This document shows, piece by piece, positions 1 to 12,668 of a stretch of DNA of 64,000 nucleotides. The position numbers and the translations under genes are program-made. This DNA comes from Lingula anatina (taxonomy: Eukaryota; Animalia; Brachiopoda), in the NCBI GenBank assembly GCA_051362555.1, contig CM120644.1, positions 16,266,534 to 16,330,533 on the forward strand, given 5' to 3'. Under the pieces are notes generated by a model. The model did no database searches. It was not told the origin of the DNA and saw only the letters and a program-made list of their open reading frames with translations. Numbering within the stretch: the first letter of the stretch is position 1; each line of letters opens with the position of its first letter.

Positions 1-2729
1 AGCAACTGGTGGAGGAATACCAGGCAGCCACAAAACCAGATTACATATCTTGGGGCACACAGGTAATGGTATGAGGGATTAAAATTAAAGGACACAAACC
101 AGGATTTTTCCTCAAAAATTCATATTTAGCAAATTTTCACCAAGGTGAAAGGGCATTTTCCTCCCGACTTAACAACCTTTAATTTTCCTTTTCTGACACT
201 GGCCATTACTCTGTAACAAGTTTGGAAAAAAGTGAAAAAACAAAACCTGGGCTTAAGCACGGTGTTATCAGAACGGCTGGCTACTGATGTTGAACAGGTG
301 ATGGTGAATATGGTTACTTTTTGCAGTTTTGATTAAGGCTATCTATCTGTCAATTTATGTTTAAAAAGTTTTTCATGCTCCTAGAATAATTTCCAAATCC
401 AAATTGTGTCCCTTCAATTAATGAAATATTTAATTAATTAACCCTGGATGTTCTTAATTTGAGGTAGCTGGGCAAGCTGCATGAATGATGCAGTAATGAA
501 TGAATTTGAGTTGCTTTGAGTCACAAATGTATGAACGGCCCACATACACCAGAAATGCTATATTTTCAAAGAAAGTTTGTAAACTTGATCATAAGATATA
601 AGTACTGGTAACATATCTGTACGTAATATACTTCTGCAGGTATTGTTGACGGTTGAAAATTTTGATCTGATAGCTGAAATACACTGATGAACTTTGTCTT
701 CTTTTTCATTTACTTGTAGGCAGGCGTGTAGCTGAGAAGTCAGGACGATTTTGAAGATTTCAGTGACGTCTTTATAATACACCACACATGAAAACATTAA
801 ACAGATCATTATGAACTGACTAGAGCACAGCTGAGCTTTGCTGGTAACAAGAACTGCAAAGGAAGTTTTTATCATCGCTTGCTTGGATGGTATCAGCAGA
901 AATGGCCTGTTATTCTTGACAAAGCCATTTAATGCTTGACTTCCATTGATGGTGTCATTTTCAATTTGGAAATGCACCAAGAATAACATGGAGTTTGCGT
1001 TGACATGTTTGTGTATCTTTTGTGAAAATCATCCAGTTTGCTGGGACAAGCGGTTCTTCCCACTCCTCTCTGAGATGACCCCGTTTGTAAATCTTCGTGA
1101 CAGCTTTTTTACGTGACTGGTTTAAAGAATTAAAGAGCATTATGAGAAAATGTTGGGAAGGAATGCTGTAGAGAACTGTTAATTATCTTGAACATATTGC
1201 TGTTGAAAAGAACTGAAAGCCATTTTGAACAATTCTAAGAACTTTTGACACGGCTGGACCTCGTGTTGAGTTGACATGGCTGGTGGCTCTGTTTGCACGC
1301 CTCAGATGTCCTGGGGTTTTAAACCGTCCTCGCAAAGAATCTTGGTTTCAGAACCTTATGGTTCGTAGGCACTTAAGTGACCAGATCCTTGAAGGCAATT
1401 GTCTTACGCTGTGAATACAGAAAAAAAAGTGTCTGTGGTGAATAGCCAATTAAAAGTTAACTGTTATGGTAAGGAAGTATCTGTCCTTAGATCTTAAATT
1501 ATTTATTATGTTCACATATATAACATTTGGCCAAGTGCCAGATATACGAATAGCTTAAAAATGAAAAATGAAATTTTGTTTTTGCAAAACCCCACCTCTT
1601 GTTTTATTTATTTACATGAAATTATTGCTAAACCTTGAAATTTTGAAGTGGAAATCGGTCTCAAGCTTAATAGGCCTTTGGAGAAACTTATGACTTTGAG
1701 CAGATAAGACAGCTGATGAATTTTTAGCTGTCAGCCGAATTGTTTGTGATTTGACATGTAATGTCAGTTCACCTGTTGATTAAAGTATTTAAGTTGGCAG
1801 TTTTTCTATATCTCGTATGCATATAATCAGCTGAATAATCATTACTATTATTATTATTATTTTGAGAATATTTAAAGTCCTAAGCAGAAAAAAAAAACTG
1901 AAAATGTATCTTAAAAATTTATTTTTGAAAGTGGTCAATAAAGTTTTAACATAACACCTAAAGATGTTTCTCCATGCAAGGGTTCCTATCTGTCAAAAGG
2001 TGAAAATATTGAGTATAAACTTGAATCTGTCTTCTTGGTTAACTTTTGCTTAAAGATGAGTTTGACTGCAAAATTAATTAGTGCTTGCTAAATTGATTAA
2101 TATCTTGCAAAGTTCAACTTACCGTTTGTTAACAAATCTACATTGAAAAAAGGTCCAAAATGTGAAAATTTGATATAAAGAAGTGAATAAATCAATTTTC
2201 TTTAACAAGACTTGTATTTGCCCAGTTTATTATGTCTTGTCTATTTAAGTTGTAAAATAAACTCAATGCAGGATTGTAATGTTGAAAGATGTGAGAAGAG
2301 AACTTTGTCAATCTGAATTTGAAAGTTGTAATAGATTTAGTGTTTGATAAATAATAATAATAATAAACTAATGATAAACAACAATGAGTTTAACCACTAT
2401 AAAATTTAATGAAAAGATTATGTACTATCATTACTATGTATGAATTAATGAATTGTTATTTTAATATAAAATATTAAAATACAGTAGACGTGTCAATTTT
2501 TCCAATCTGACTTTGAGCTATTTCTTTACCCGTAAGTAACAAGGCTAGTCTATATTTTATCTCAAAATAAATATTTTTAAAATCGGTAGTTCTAGGTATT
2601 ACATTAAATTATAACAATAAACATAAAGATAATTATAATTATTATTTTTTTTTTTTTTGGGGGGGGGGGGGGGATTGAATTTTCGGAGAGTCCATAAGGG
2701 AAAAACCTAAAAGTAAAATTGTGTTAGTT

Positions 2730-2884
2730 GCACCGCCTCAACTAATTGCGGTAGTTGCGCCAACGATGACCTTGACTTCCGTTTACAAACGTGTATTTCA
2801 GTAAACAAGGAAGACGGACAGGTATAGTGGCATTTGAAGCTCACGCAATACCTCTCCGATCAACTGACTTTGCCACCGGTAGGT
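2730..2884 (+). promoter_or_regulatory. Candidate promoter and non-coding first exon of the Grb gene
   Basis: Local CpG enrichment, ETS-like ACTTCCG near 2776, Inr-like TTCAGT near 2797, donor CCG|gtaggt at 2878/2879. Coding exon 1 begins with an acceptor, so an upstream exon is needed. Confidence 0.4.
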
Positions 2885-3452
2885 CATTCTATTATTAGTT
2901 GAATATTAATATGCAATATCTAGACAACACAACTTTTTCTTTTTGTCAGCGTTTGTGTTTAAGGGGAGCTTTGGCTGAAAAGATAGATTTATATCAAGTG
3001 CGCACGAAGCAAAATAAACAACTCGCAATTGATGTCTTTGTAATATTGTTTTGGTTAAGGGGTTATTTGGAGGCACTGCAGTGTTTTGGTACAATGAATG
3101 GTTAAGGCCGTTGTAAATAATTTTCGTCCCTGTTATGTAAGACAAATTATGGTAAACGGCCGGAGATTGACATCGATAAACCAATGACTTTTAAGTTTAA
3201 AAATGTGTTCCTGACTTAATTAATGTCACTGCATGCACAACACATTCTGACGACATTTAGTTGAAGATAAACAGCTTCATTGTGGATATTGAAAAGGAGA
3301 GTTGAAGGGAAATGTCATTGCATCATCACCTTTGATACACTTACTGTACGTATCTCTATATCTTTTATTTATTTATTTATTTATTTATTTTTTTTTTGGG
3401 GGGGGGGTGAAGGTTGCTGCTTGTCACAGTATAAAATAGAGCATACATATAT

Positions 3453-3619
3453 CAGGGGCGGACCCATAGATATTTTCTGACAGTCTTCCGAATTATCTTT
3501 GTTGATCCATCCTCCATTTTTGACCATCTTCCGACAGAAAAAATAGATACCCCTCAGTGCAGACTTGAAAATCTGACCGTCTACGTGAAGACCCAGAAGA
3601 CAACCTCAGTCCGCACCCG
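3453..3619 (+). mobile_element. hAT-like MITE family C (167-168 bp)
   Basis: CAGGGGCGGA...TCCGCACCCG; flanks TATAT/TACAT. Confidence 0.75.
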
Positions 3620-4445
3620 TACATGTAGTTAAAAAGATCTGACCTTTGAAATCATAAGATATTATACTTGTTATTGTTATAAAACAGTTAGAATTAAGTT
3701 GTTTTGATGAAAACCTCAAAATTAACACATTGGACTCCAGTGCTATATGAAAGCAGGTGTGCGCACAAAATCCTTTCCGTTCCCAGTATCCAATTTACAG
3801 ACATGGCCTGGGCTTTTTTCGCAGAATCAAGATCAGATTCCATGATTTTAAATTCAGTTCTGATGGCGTTTTAGCTGTCCTCGACCACTGGTGTACAGTT
3901 AATGTTTGCATGGTCAGTACTTGGATAAATTATGTTTATTGATTTAAAAAAAGAGAATATTTTAGTGTAATGTTCCACAGTGAAAATCCAGGTAATATTT
4001 GCTTAGCACATTTTGTAAACACTGGAGATGTACCTGTAGATAAACATACTGTAGTTCTAAGGCAAAAATCGTGTATGGGACTGACTCGAAATTCTGTACA
4101 ATATTGCATTGTCTGACTTTCACAATTAGTCAATCTACGACTGAAAATGATCAATGGTTTGTACACAAATTGCTGAATATACTAGTATTTGCCTTTCCTT
4201 CCTGAAAAAAAAGATTAAAATACGCAAAGTGGGAATTCCCTGCGCTCCCTAAAGTAGTAAGGCTGTTTATGTTTAGAGAGATAGTCTGGAGAATTTTTTT
4301 TCTGAAACCAGGTGCACTTTGCTTTCCACTTGCTTATCACTTATGGCTGTAAGTTCAAAGCAAATTATACTGCAGAATCAGTAAGAAGGAAGTTTATTTA
4401 ACTGCTTGGTGTGTAAGGTATCTCTTTCCACATCTGGCAATTTTT

Positions 4446-4968
4446 TTAGAGAACAAGGAAGTTTTCATTTTTTGAGCTGTTTGAAGTTTCTTATATATTT
4501 TCTATGCTTTTTTCTGTCTTTTTAAAACCCAGTAAGTCTTTCCCCATGTGTAGTATAATGGTAGACTACGATACGCTACAGTAAGCTACAGTACTGTATA
4601 GAACTATAGTTATAGTATTCTTAGGTAGACTATCAATTAAGGTCTGTCAGTTCATCCAACAACATAATTCAATATATGATGTAATATATGTACTAGTATG
4701 GATTAATTAGAGAACAAGGAAGTTTTCATTTTTTGAGCTGTTTGAAGTTTCTTATATATTTTCTATGCTTTTTTCTGTCTTTTTAAAACCCAGTAAGTCT
4801 TTCCCCATGTGTAGTATAATGGTAGACTACGATACGCTACAGTAAGCTACAGTACTGTATAGAACTATAGTTATAGTATTCTTAGGTAGACTATCAATTA
4901 AGGTCTGTCAGTTCATCCAACAACATAATTCAATATATGATGTAATATATGTACTAGTATGGATTAAT
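4446..4968. repeat. 261-bp tandem duplication, apparently identical
   Basis: TTAGAGAACAAGG...GGATTAA starts at 4446 and again at 4707. Confidence 0.92.
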
Positions 4969-7370
4969 CTGATATTAATAAACTGTAATTCACAGTCAAA
5001 TAACATGTTTTTATTTGTTTTTATTTATAAGAGAATGTGAAATATGAAAATGTACTAGTATGTATTTTTTATTTCATGGTACTTAAGTGATTGGGTTCAT
5101 AATTTGGAAATGTAAACTTCTAGTTTAAAAGAAAATACAGTAGCTAAAGGACAAGTGACTTATACTCATTGGCACTGGTACATTGTAAATTAAATTTGTT
5201 CTAGTTGCGTGAAGGTTTGAGTTAGACAATATACATATTGATTACAGATATAGTGTAGTGCCAAGTGGAAAAATGTCTTCCCCCAAAAGATTTTCTTCTA
5301 GATAAGTGATAATTTGACTCAGTCGATGTAGGGCCATCTATACTCAGGAAACGGTTACTAGTTACTGTTTTATGTCAAAGTTCTTCTCATTATAATATGG
5401 TTTACAATGTGTGTGTGTGTGTGTGTGCATGCGTGTGTCCGGTTCATCATGCACCTGTTAAGATAAAAATGCAATATATACCGGTATCTGTATATATTTG
5501 CAGTCATCCAGTACAGACAGACTCACACCCAAGTATTGATTACTGCTAGGAAAAAAGTGATTATGATAAAAAATAATAACTGCTCTATTTGACTTGGGGA
5601 AAAGGAACTGTTTGGCCAAAAAATGGATTTTCCCTGGGTATATGATGATTTCCCATACCTGTTGTTGGTAAATTCATTCCCACATTCAAATGAAAGTTAA
5701 GTTTTTTTTTTTCTAAAAAGTTTGAGTTTTTTGTAGTAAGAGATAATTACAGAGATATAGCCATATGTGAAGGTCCATGTGGCTTATGATTGCAAGCACA
5801 GATATGCCAGAATAATTGCGATAACTGCTGTTTTGGTGGTAAAATAGAATTTATAAATTATATGTGTATGAGTTGTTTACAATGTATTTGCGAAGTATGA
5901 ATCTCATACGAAGAGTTGTTATCCATTCAAGTTAAAGCCAAATGGTTATAATTCGAGTGATAAGATTTATAACTACTAGTATTGTAACAGTACTAGTAAT
6001 GTCCCAGTTGTCAGGGGTCTACTGTTTTATACGCCATATTTACTTGGATCTTGTTTAAATTTTACAGCAAATATATCATGGCCTAGTTAAAACCCAGGAC
6101 AGCCCACGGCTGGGAAGACCCTGTAGCGGAGGTGATGTGGTTGACCTTAATCCCTGCTTACATCTGATACCTCCAATGACTGATAAAGTTTGTGCTTTGT
6201 CAATATCATGTTCACCCCAAGTCAAAGACTTGCACATATATTTTACAATCAGGTCAGATAATGGCCCGATATGTAGAAGATGTTATATCTAGAAGATATA
6301 TATCGTTTGCCAACTGATAGATGTACTAGTAAGCATGATTTGTATTTAAGGTGAAGATTTGTTGTAGGATTTATCAATTTTGTGAGGTTTAACATTTTGT
6401 GTTATGATGAACATAAAGCAGCTTATGAAGTAAGCCACCTCTCTATTATTTATATATAAATGCTCTTTAATGGTACCTGAGATTTGTCTTCTGAAACATT
6501 TAAATGCATTATTATGATACAAGGAACCCAGTGGAAAAAGTACATTATTTGTGTACTGTAACCTTCATTCATGAATGATGGTTTTCAGGATTATGCCTGA
6601 TTTCAGGATTTTCGGTCTTTCTTTTGATTGCTTTTTTCATAGGGTCTAAATGCAATGAGAAATTGCAAGCTACGTTTTAAGGATATTCATTTTTAGAACT
6701 TTCATGCATATGCATCATTAAGGAGAAACTTTATGCTTTGCGGAAATCCCGGCATTTTTTATTGGCCTGGTTATCACTGTATTATGTCGTGATTTATGAT
6801 TGCATTGGGCAATTCACTGTCTCTCATTTCATTAAGACACAGATGGAAATAGCAATTCAGAAATGTTTGCAGTTTCAAAGCGTCCGCAGGGATAGAATTG
6901 TTACCCAAATAAGAAACGCATTACGAAGATTTATAGCACTGAATACCACTGAGCAGAGAGAATGTTTCAGCCATCTTCTCTTACTGAGATTTTTAAAGCC
7001 AGTTATGAAAAGGCACACGTTTACGAGTTGTCAATATTGGAAATATTTTCATATCAATATGTACACTGCACAGCCAGATACTAGTATTAGTACATTGATC
7101 AAGCTATTGCATGCCTTCTGAGTGATATTTTATTATTATTTTATTAGTTGTAGCCTTCGGGTAATAAACATACAGTAATGCTTTTTTTCCATTAACTAAT
7201 GTTGAAAACAGTGTATGAAGTTGATGTATAGTATTAAAGGTAAGCTGTGACTATACAATTTCTTTGTATTCTGTGTCGGGGGTTATTTTATTAGTTGGCT
7301 TGTGGAAATTAAGGTTTTGTTGGTATTATTATAATACAGATCATTGCTTTAAAATTATCAATATCAAACA

Positions 7371-7583
7371 CCCCATTTCCATAGATTAGATCGACCTACT
7401 TTAGATCGACCTAACTCCCTGGGGGTTCACGCTAAATAGCTGTCAGCCGGGCAGACACGAAAGTTAATTACCCCCTTACAGCTTGTAGTAGGCGGGACGG
7501 ACATTTAAGTCGGATTATCTGAAAGTAATCTAGTGAGACTCCCTGCGGGGATAGATCGATCTAAAAGCTATTGGAATAGAGCC
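7371..7583 (+). mobile_element. MITE family A (about 215 bp, Harbinger/Tourist-like)
   Basis: Core AGATCGACCTAACTCCCTGGGGGTTCACGCTAAA...GGGGATAGATCGATCTAAAA recurs at 21922, 26183, 48787 and 50219; degenerate copies at about 18151 and 33620. Confidence 0.85.
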
Positions 7584-8408
7584 TTAGTACGTTGATCAAG
7601 CTATTGCATGCCTCCTGAGTGATATTTTATTAGTCGTAGCCTTCGGGTAATAAACGTACAGAAATGCTTTTTTCCCATTAAGTAATGTTGAAAACGGTGT
7701 ATGAAGTTGATATATATTATTAAAGGTAAGCTGTGACTACAGTATACAATTTCTTTGTATTATGTGTCAGGGTTATTTTATTAGTTGGCTTGTGGATAGG
7801 TTTTGTTGGTATTATTATAATACAGATCATTGCTTTAAAATTATCAATATCAAACAAATAGATACGGTAATAGATAACTTGGAATTTTCAAACACTTCTT
7901 TTTTTCTAATATTTGTAAACATTTTTGAGGTTTACCCTTCTTAGCCACTTACAATTTAGTTTATATTTGACATGAATCCCAAACTCTTCAAATCTTGAAA
8001 TATGTAATATAAAGTATTATTAACAAAACATTTTTTCTTTTTCTTTCTTTCTTTCTTTCTTTCTTTTTTTATGGGGGTGGTGGGGGAATAGACATATCAA
8101 TTCATTCTGTTCAAATTTATTGAGTAATCACCATAACATACCACCAAACTATCCAGCCTATCAGTTAGTATCAGAAGAATTTTATCTCCCAGTTACCCTA
8201 CCCTGTTTTATCAGTTAAACCAAGCTGTTATCAGTCAGACCAGGCCTGTTGGAAATTGTTTTATCAGTTACCTCAGCCCTGTGATATCTATTACATAGAC
8301 TTGCAGGCAGTTTTGTTGGCTGGTCTGTCCAACTTGTGCTTTCAAATGATAGTGCAGATGTACCCTTTCTCCTCTGCTACTGGAATTTGTTTTTGGCTCT
8401 CTCTGTTA

Positions 8409-8634
8409 AGCCCCCTTTACACTGGACGGCGTCCTTTCTGCGTCCCATAGTGCGACCCCGCTTTAAGAGTTAAAAATGAGAATACATTACGTGCTGGCCG
8501 ACAACTGGCTGATCATTGAGCATTCATTCTGCAACTAAAGCGATGATTGTGCCTCTTTTTTATGACCACAGCAATGGCGATTTCATGGTCGCACAAAGGA
8601 CGCAGAAAGGAGGCCGTCCAGTGTAAAGGGGGGT
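8409..8634. mobile_element. Harbinger-like MITE with long TIRs
   Basis: CCCCCTTTACACTGGACGGCGTCCTTTCTGCGTCC and its near-exact reverse complement; TTA flanks. Confidence 0.8.
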
Positions 8635-9033
8635 TTAGTTTGTTAGGTATTATATATGTCTAACTCAGAAAAATGGACAGATTTTGATTTTCCATTTGTG
8701 TTTACAAATAATGGTGCATGCAGTTGCATCTTTTTCCAATGCATCTGGCATTTTAGTATTTACTTTTTGTGTTTTGTCGGTTTGTAACTTTTTATATATG
8801 ATCTAACTCAAAAAGTAATGGATGCATTTTGATAAAATTTCCAGGTTAGGGCAGAAGTAGGCTCGAAGCTAGATTTGATGAGATTTTGGCTGTGATCCAT
8901 TTGTTAATTAACCATTTACTTAATTGGTTGATTATCTAATTTACCGAGTAGTAAGTTGTAGTGTGATAAGCTATACAATATGATAATGAGGACAGCTTTC
9001 TTGACGGAGATATGAGCTCTCTATGTAGTTTAA

Positions 9034-9373
9034 AGGGATAATAGCTCATTGTTTTGGCCAAAAAATGAATTTTTCTGGAGTAAACAACAATTTTCCCATA
9101 CAGTACTTACCAATGGTTAATGAATCCATTTTTACATTCAAAGTTAGTCCCTGTTTTTTTTTCTAAAATGCTTTTTTTTTTTTGTTATAATCTCTTAAGA
9201 GATTATAACAGAGTATAGCCATCAATGAAGGTCAAGTGGTCTAAAGACAAGCGCAGATATAAGAATAATAACTATATAACTGCCCTTTTTGTTTTAAAAC
9301 AGAATATATTATATTTCTATGAGTTGTTCACAATGTTTTTATTGTGAAATATAGATCTAGAGTTAATATTCCT
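9034..9373. mobile_element. Kolobok-like MITE (TTAA target)
   Basis: TTAA-AGGGATAATA...TATTCCT-TTAA; related copies at 15246-15527 and about 5600-5930. Confidence 0.65.
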
Positions 9374-10200
9374 TTAATCTCTTGCTTTAATTTAATTATT
9401 TTTTTTAAGTATCAGATTATAGGTACCCAAAAGAAGATTTTCCCCAAAAAATTCATATAAACGAAGTATCCCGAGCTGGTAAATGGCATTTTCCCCCAAT
9501 TACCCAACATTTCATCTTCTTTTGCGGACACCTGCCACAACTCTGTAACAAATTTTGGAAAAAAAAGTCATAGATCAAAACCCATGCTTATTAGTGGAGA
9601 TTCTCAATATATGCCAAACTTGCAATTGACTTAACTTCTAGATATCACACCAGACTTTTGGGTCGAGACTCGTGCTCTTTTTTCAAACTGTGTCTAGATT
9701 GCTTACTACCCAGGTTGGATAGGGAACAATGAATATGATTATTATTAATACCATATATCTGTCATTTTTTATTCTAAAAGTCTTAATTGTCCTCAGATAA
9801 GTTGAACAAGAAGCGATCCATGCTCTTAAGATGCATTTCAAATCTTACATTGTGTGCCTTTAACAATGTGGGCATTTTAAAGAGTTACGAAATAAAAGAG
9901 TAGACATTTAAAGTAGTCTGGGTGAGTTCTAATGGGTGGCAGTGATGCATGACCCATTAATTGCTAGGGAGTTAATTTCCTGTCCCAGATTATGCAATTT
10001 CACATTACTGGTAGTTAATGGAACTTTGTATACCTCATTGTGTGGGTGGAGAAGATGGAATTACTAGTAATGGTGTTTGAGGGAGGAGGAGACATTGGGG
10101 GAGGGGGCAATTTCTCTTTAGAGGCAATTTTTGTAGTGAATTTAGCATTAAAATGTTGATCACCATTAGATATAATATACTGTACGCAGTCTGTACGTAT

Positions 10201-11727
10201 TAACCGATTACAGTGACGTCATATTTGCTCCGTAACACTAGTCCCGCGGCCATGCTGGAGGGAATGAACGACGGGGAATAGTAGCGTAAATATAGGTAAA
10301 CCAAATAAAATAAAGTAAACTTCATATCACGATCAAGGACACCAAAGGGAAAAGGATATATACAAGCTGAGGCTTCAGCTGATCAGCGGGATCGACCGAT
10401 ATGAACTCAAGACAGTCTAAAAACGTGAAATCCTACTAAATGCTACTTACCCAACATCGTGTTGTCAGAAGATAGTTAAGTTATCTTGTACTTCATTTTT
10501 CTTGTTCATTGGGTAATAACAGTTATAGTTTGAGAGAGTTTAATGTGTAATCATAAGTTTAACCATAAATAGAAGCAACTGTTTTCATAAAGGATAGATA
10601 TAAAATTTTTGAGCTGATCATTAGGATAAACCCTTGTGGATTCAAGGAAGAATGTATGATTGTCTTATGACATGAAATATTGCTGTTAGTTATGACTTAT
10701 CTTTACATCGTGAAGCTGTCAGAAATTATTTCAGCATTCTTGTTCTTCATATTGGTTCATTAGAAAGTACATTAACAAGACTGTTGTTCATTCATATAAG
10801 CAGCATTGTTAGCATTTTATTATTAGTTCAGTCATTCACAGAAGCATTTGTTAGGCACTACAAATATGGGAATTTGCCATGGGACTATACACTTGATATC
10901 AATGGAGCAATAGAAACTATGTCAATGATGAAAAAGACGTGTCCTTTGTATCAAAATAAAGCTGGTGAGTTGTGTTGTAAATAAGTTTTCAAAATACATC
11001 TACTGTCATAAAAAGTATTGTATCAAACTGATTTTATAAAATTTTATATACCATTTGCATTGAGAATATTTTGCTAGGTATTCAGTGAACAAAATTCATG
11101 TATTTTAAATTTACTTTAAAACTGCAATATCAGGTATTTGTTGTTCTCTTTTTTTAATGTAAAGCCTAACTATATTGGGGATTTTCAGATGCTATTGTTA
11201 ATACAGTACAGAAGTAAAGTATGCAGAACATTTGCTCTATACCATCATCAACTTTTTAAATTATTTCAGCATTCTTGTACTTCATTTTGGTTCATTAGAA
11301 AGTACATGTAACGCGACTGTTGTTTGAGAGAGTTTAATATTCACCATGAATGCAACCATTCATATAAGCAACATTGTTAGGATTTTATTATTATTCAGTC
11401 ATTCACAGAAGCAAGGCATTTTTCACAATCATGTATTTATGATGTCCAATGTAAAATAATAATTCAGTTCATGAATTGATTTCTGCAACCATTTGCTTAA
11501 ACATACTGTATAGGAAAAGTGCACATTTTGTATGAATAAAAGTGAACATGAAATGCTGAGTTCTGAGTGTCGCTTCAATTAAATAACTCCTGTCATGCAC
11601 TGGATTTCACTCTCCTGATGTTCAGATCCTGTCTCCTCAGCTGGTCACAGAGATCTAGGAATATTTTTTGCTGCTTCTACCTTGTGTGTCATCTAGCTGC
11701 CTTTTGTACCTGTCATCAAAAGCTTCC

Positions 11728-11762
<35 letters not shown>

Positions 11763-12668
11763 AATTTACTTGCACCCAATTTTTATTCATATTATAACTT
11801 ACAACATTACAGTTGAAAGGAGCAGAATTTAACATTTTTACAGAGGAAAGTGCAAAATTATTTCATGAGGTTATTAAAGTTATATGTCAATTACACTTGA
11901 GGTAGAATTTACTTGCAAAATAAAATTACTCTTATCACTACACCAAATCGAAAATTAAGCCACTAACTTCCAAATACACTTCATACAGGTAATTGATTTA
12001 ATTGGCCCAGCTCAGCTGTGTACAGTACAAATATAGCCTTGACACTAATTGGGAATAATGCTAACCAGGTATAAAAGAGGTAGGTGACAGCCGATAAAAT
12101 CTAGAGAGCACCGTAACTGATAACAAATTACACCCAAGGCAATAGGTGAGTCTTCATTATAAAAGTCGAAACCCTGCCTGGGTATTTCCACACGTTTTAA
12201 CAAATTAACACACTCTCCATCCACACTTTTTGGGCACTACTTTAAATATATACGTGCGCCCCAAACGTACACACCTACGTCTTTGGTGTTCTACTGTTTT
12301 TTCTTTTATGGTAAATCTGCACAGTTGGCTCTTCATTCTTTGCTATAAAATAAATTAGTTTTATCCTTTACTTTTCCGAAGAGTCTTGATTCAAAGCCAC
12401 CTCGCCGTCTCTCCTCCGTTTATGGTTTTAGTTCCTTCACCATGGATTGTTACCACTGCAGGCAGCCTGTGAACGCTTGTAAAGTTAGTTATCTTCTCTC
12501 GATCAAATAACCTGCAGTAATTCATCATTTTGCTCGGTTAAATATCAAAGAAAATACAGAAAACGAAAACTGAACTACAGACATGGCTTGTTCATGCGCA
12601 GCAGACGATTCCGGTCTCCCTCCAGAATGGCTGCCGTTTGTTTTGATGACGCAGGCTCTAATGGGTCA
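10201..12668 (-). mobile_element. Second decayed ISL2EU/Harbinger-like element with THAP remnant
   Basis: Imperfect inverted ends (TAACCGATTACAG..CGTCAT..GGCCATGCTGGAGGGA vs TGACCCATTAGAG..CGTCAT..AGCCATTCTGGAGGGA) with AT flanks; minus strand from 12528 MMNYCRLFDREK...VHRLPAVVTIHGEGTKTI/TEERRR/WL (frameshifted THAP-like). Confidence 0.6.

Noticed and set aside
6738-7121. 127-aa ORF
   Set aside because: TTG start, no motif, intronic position.
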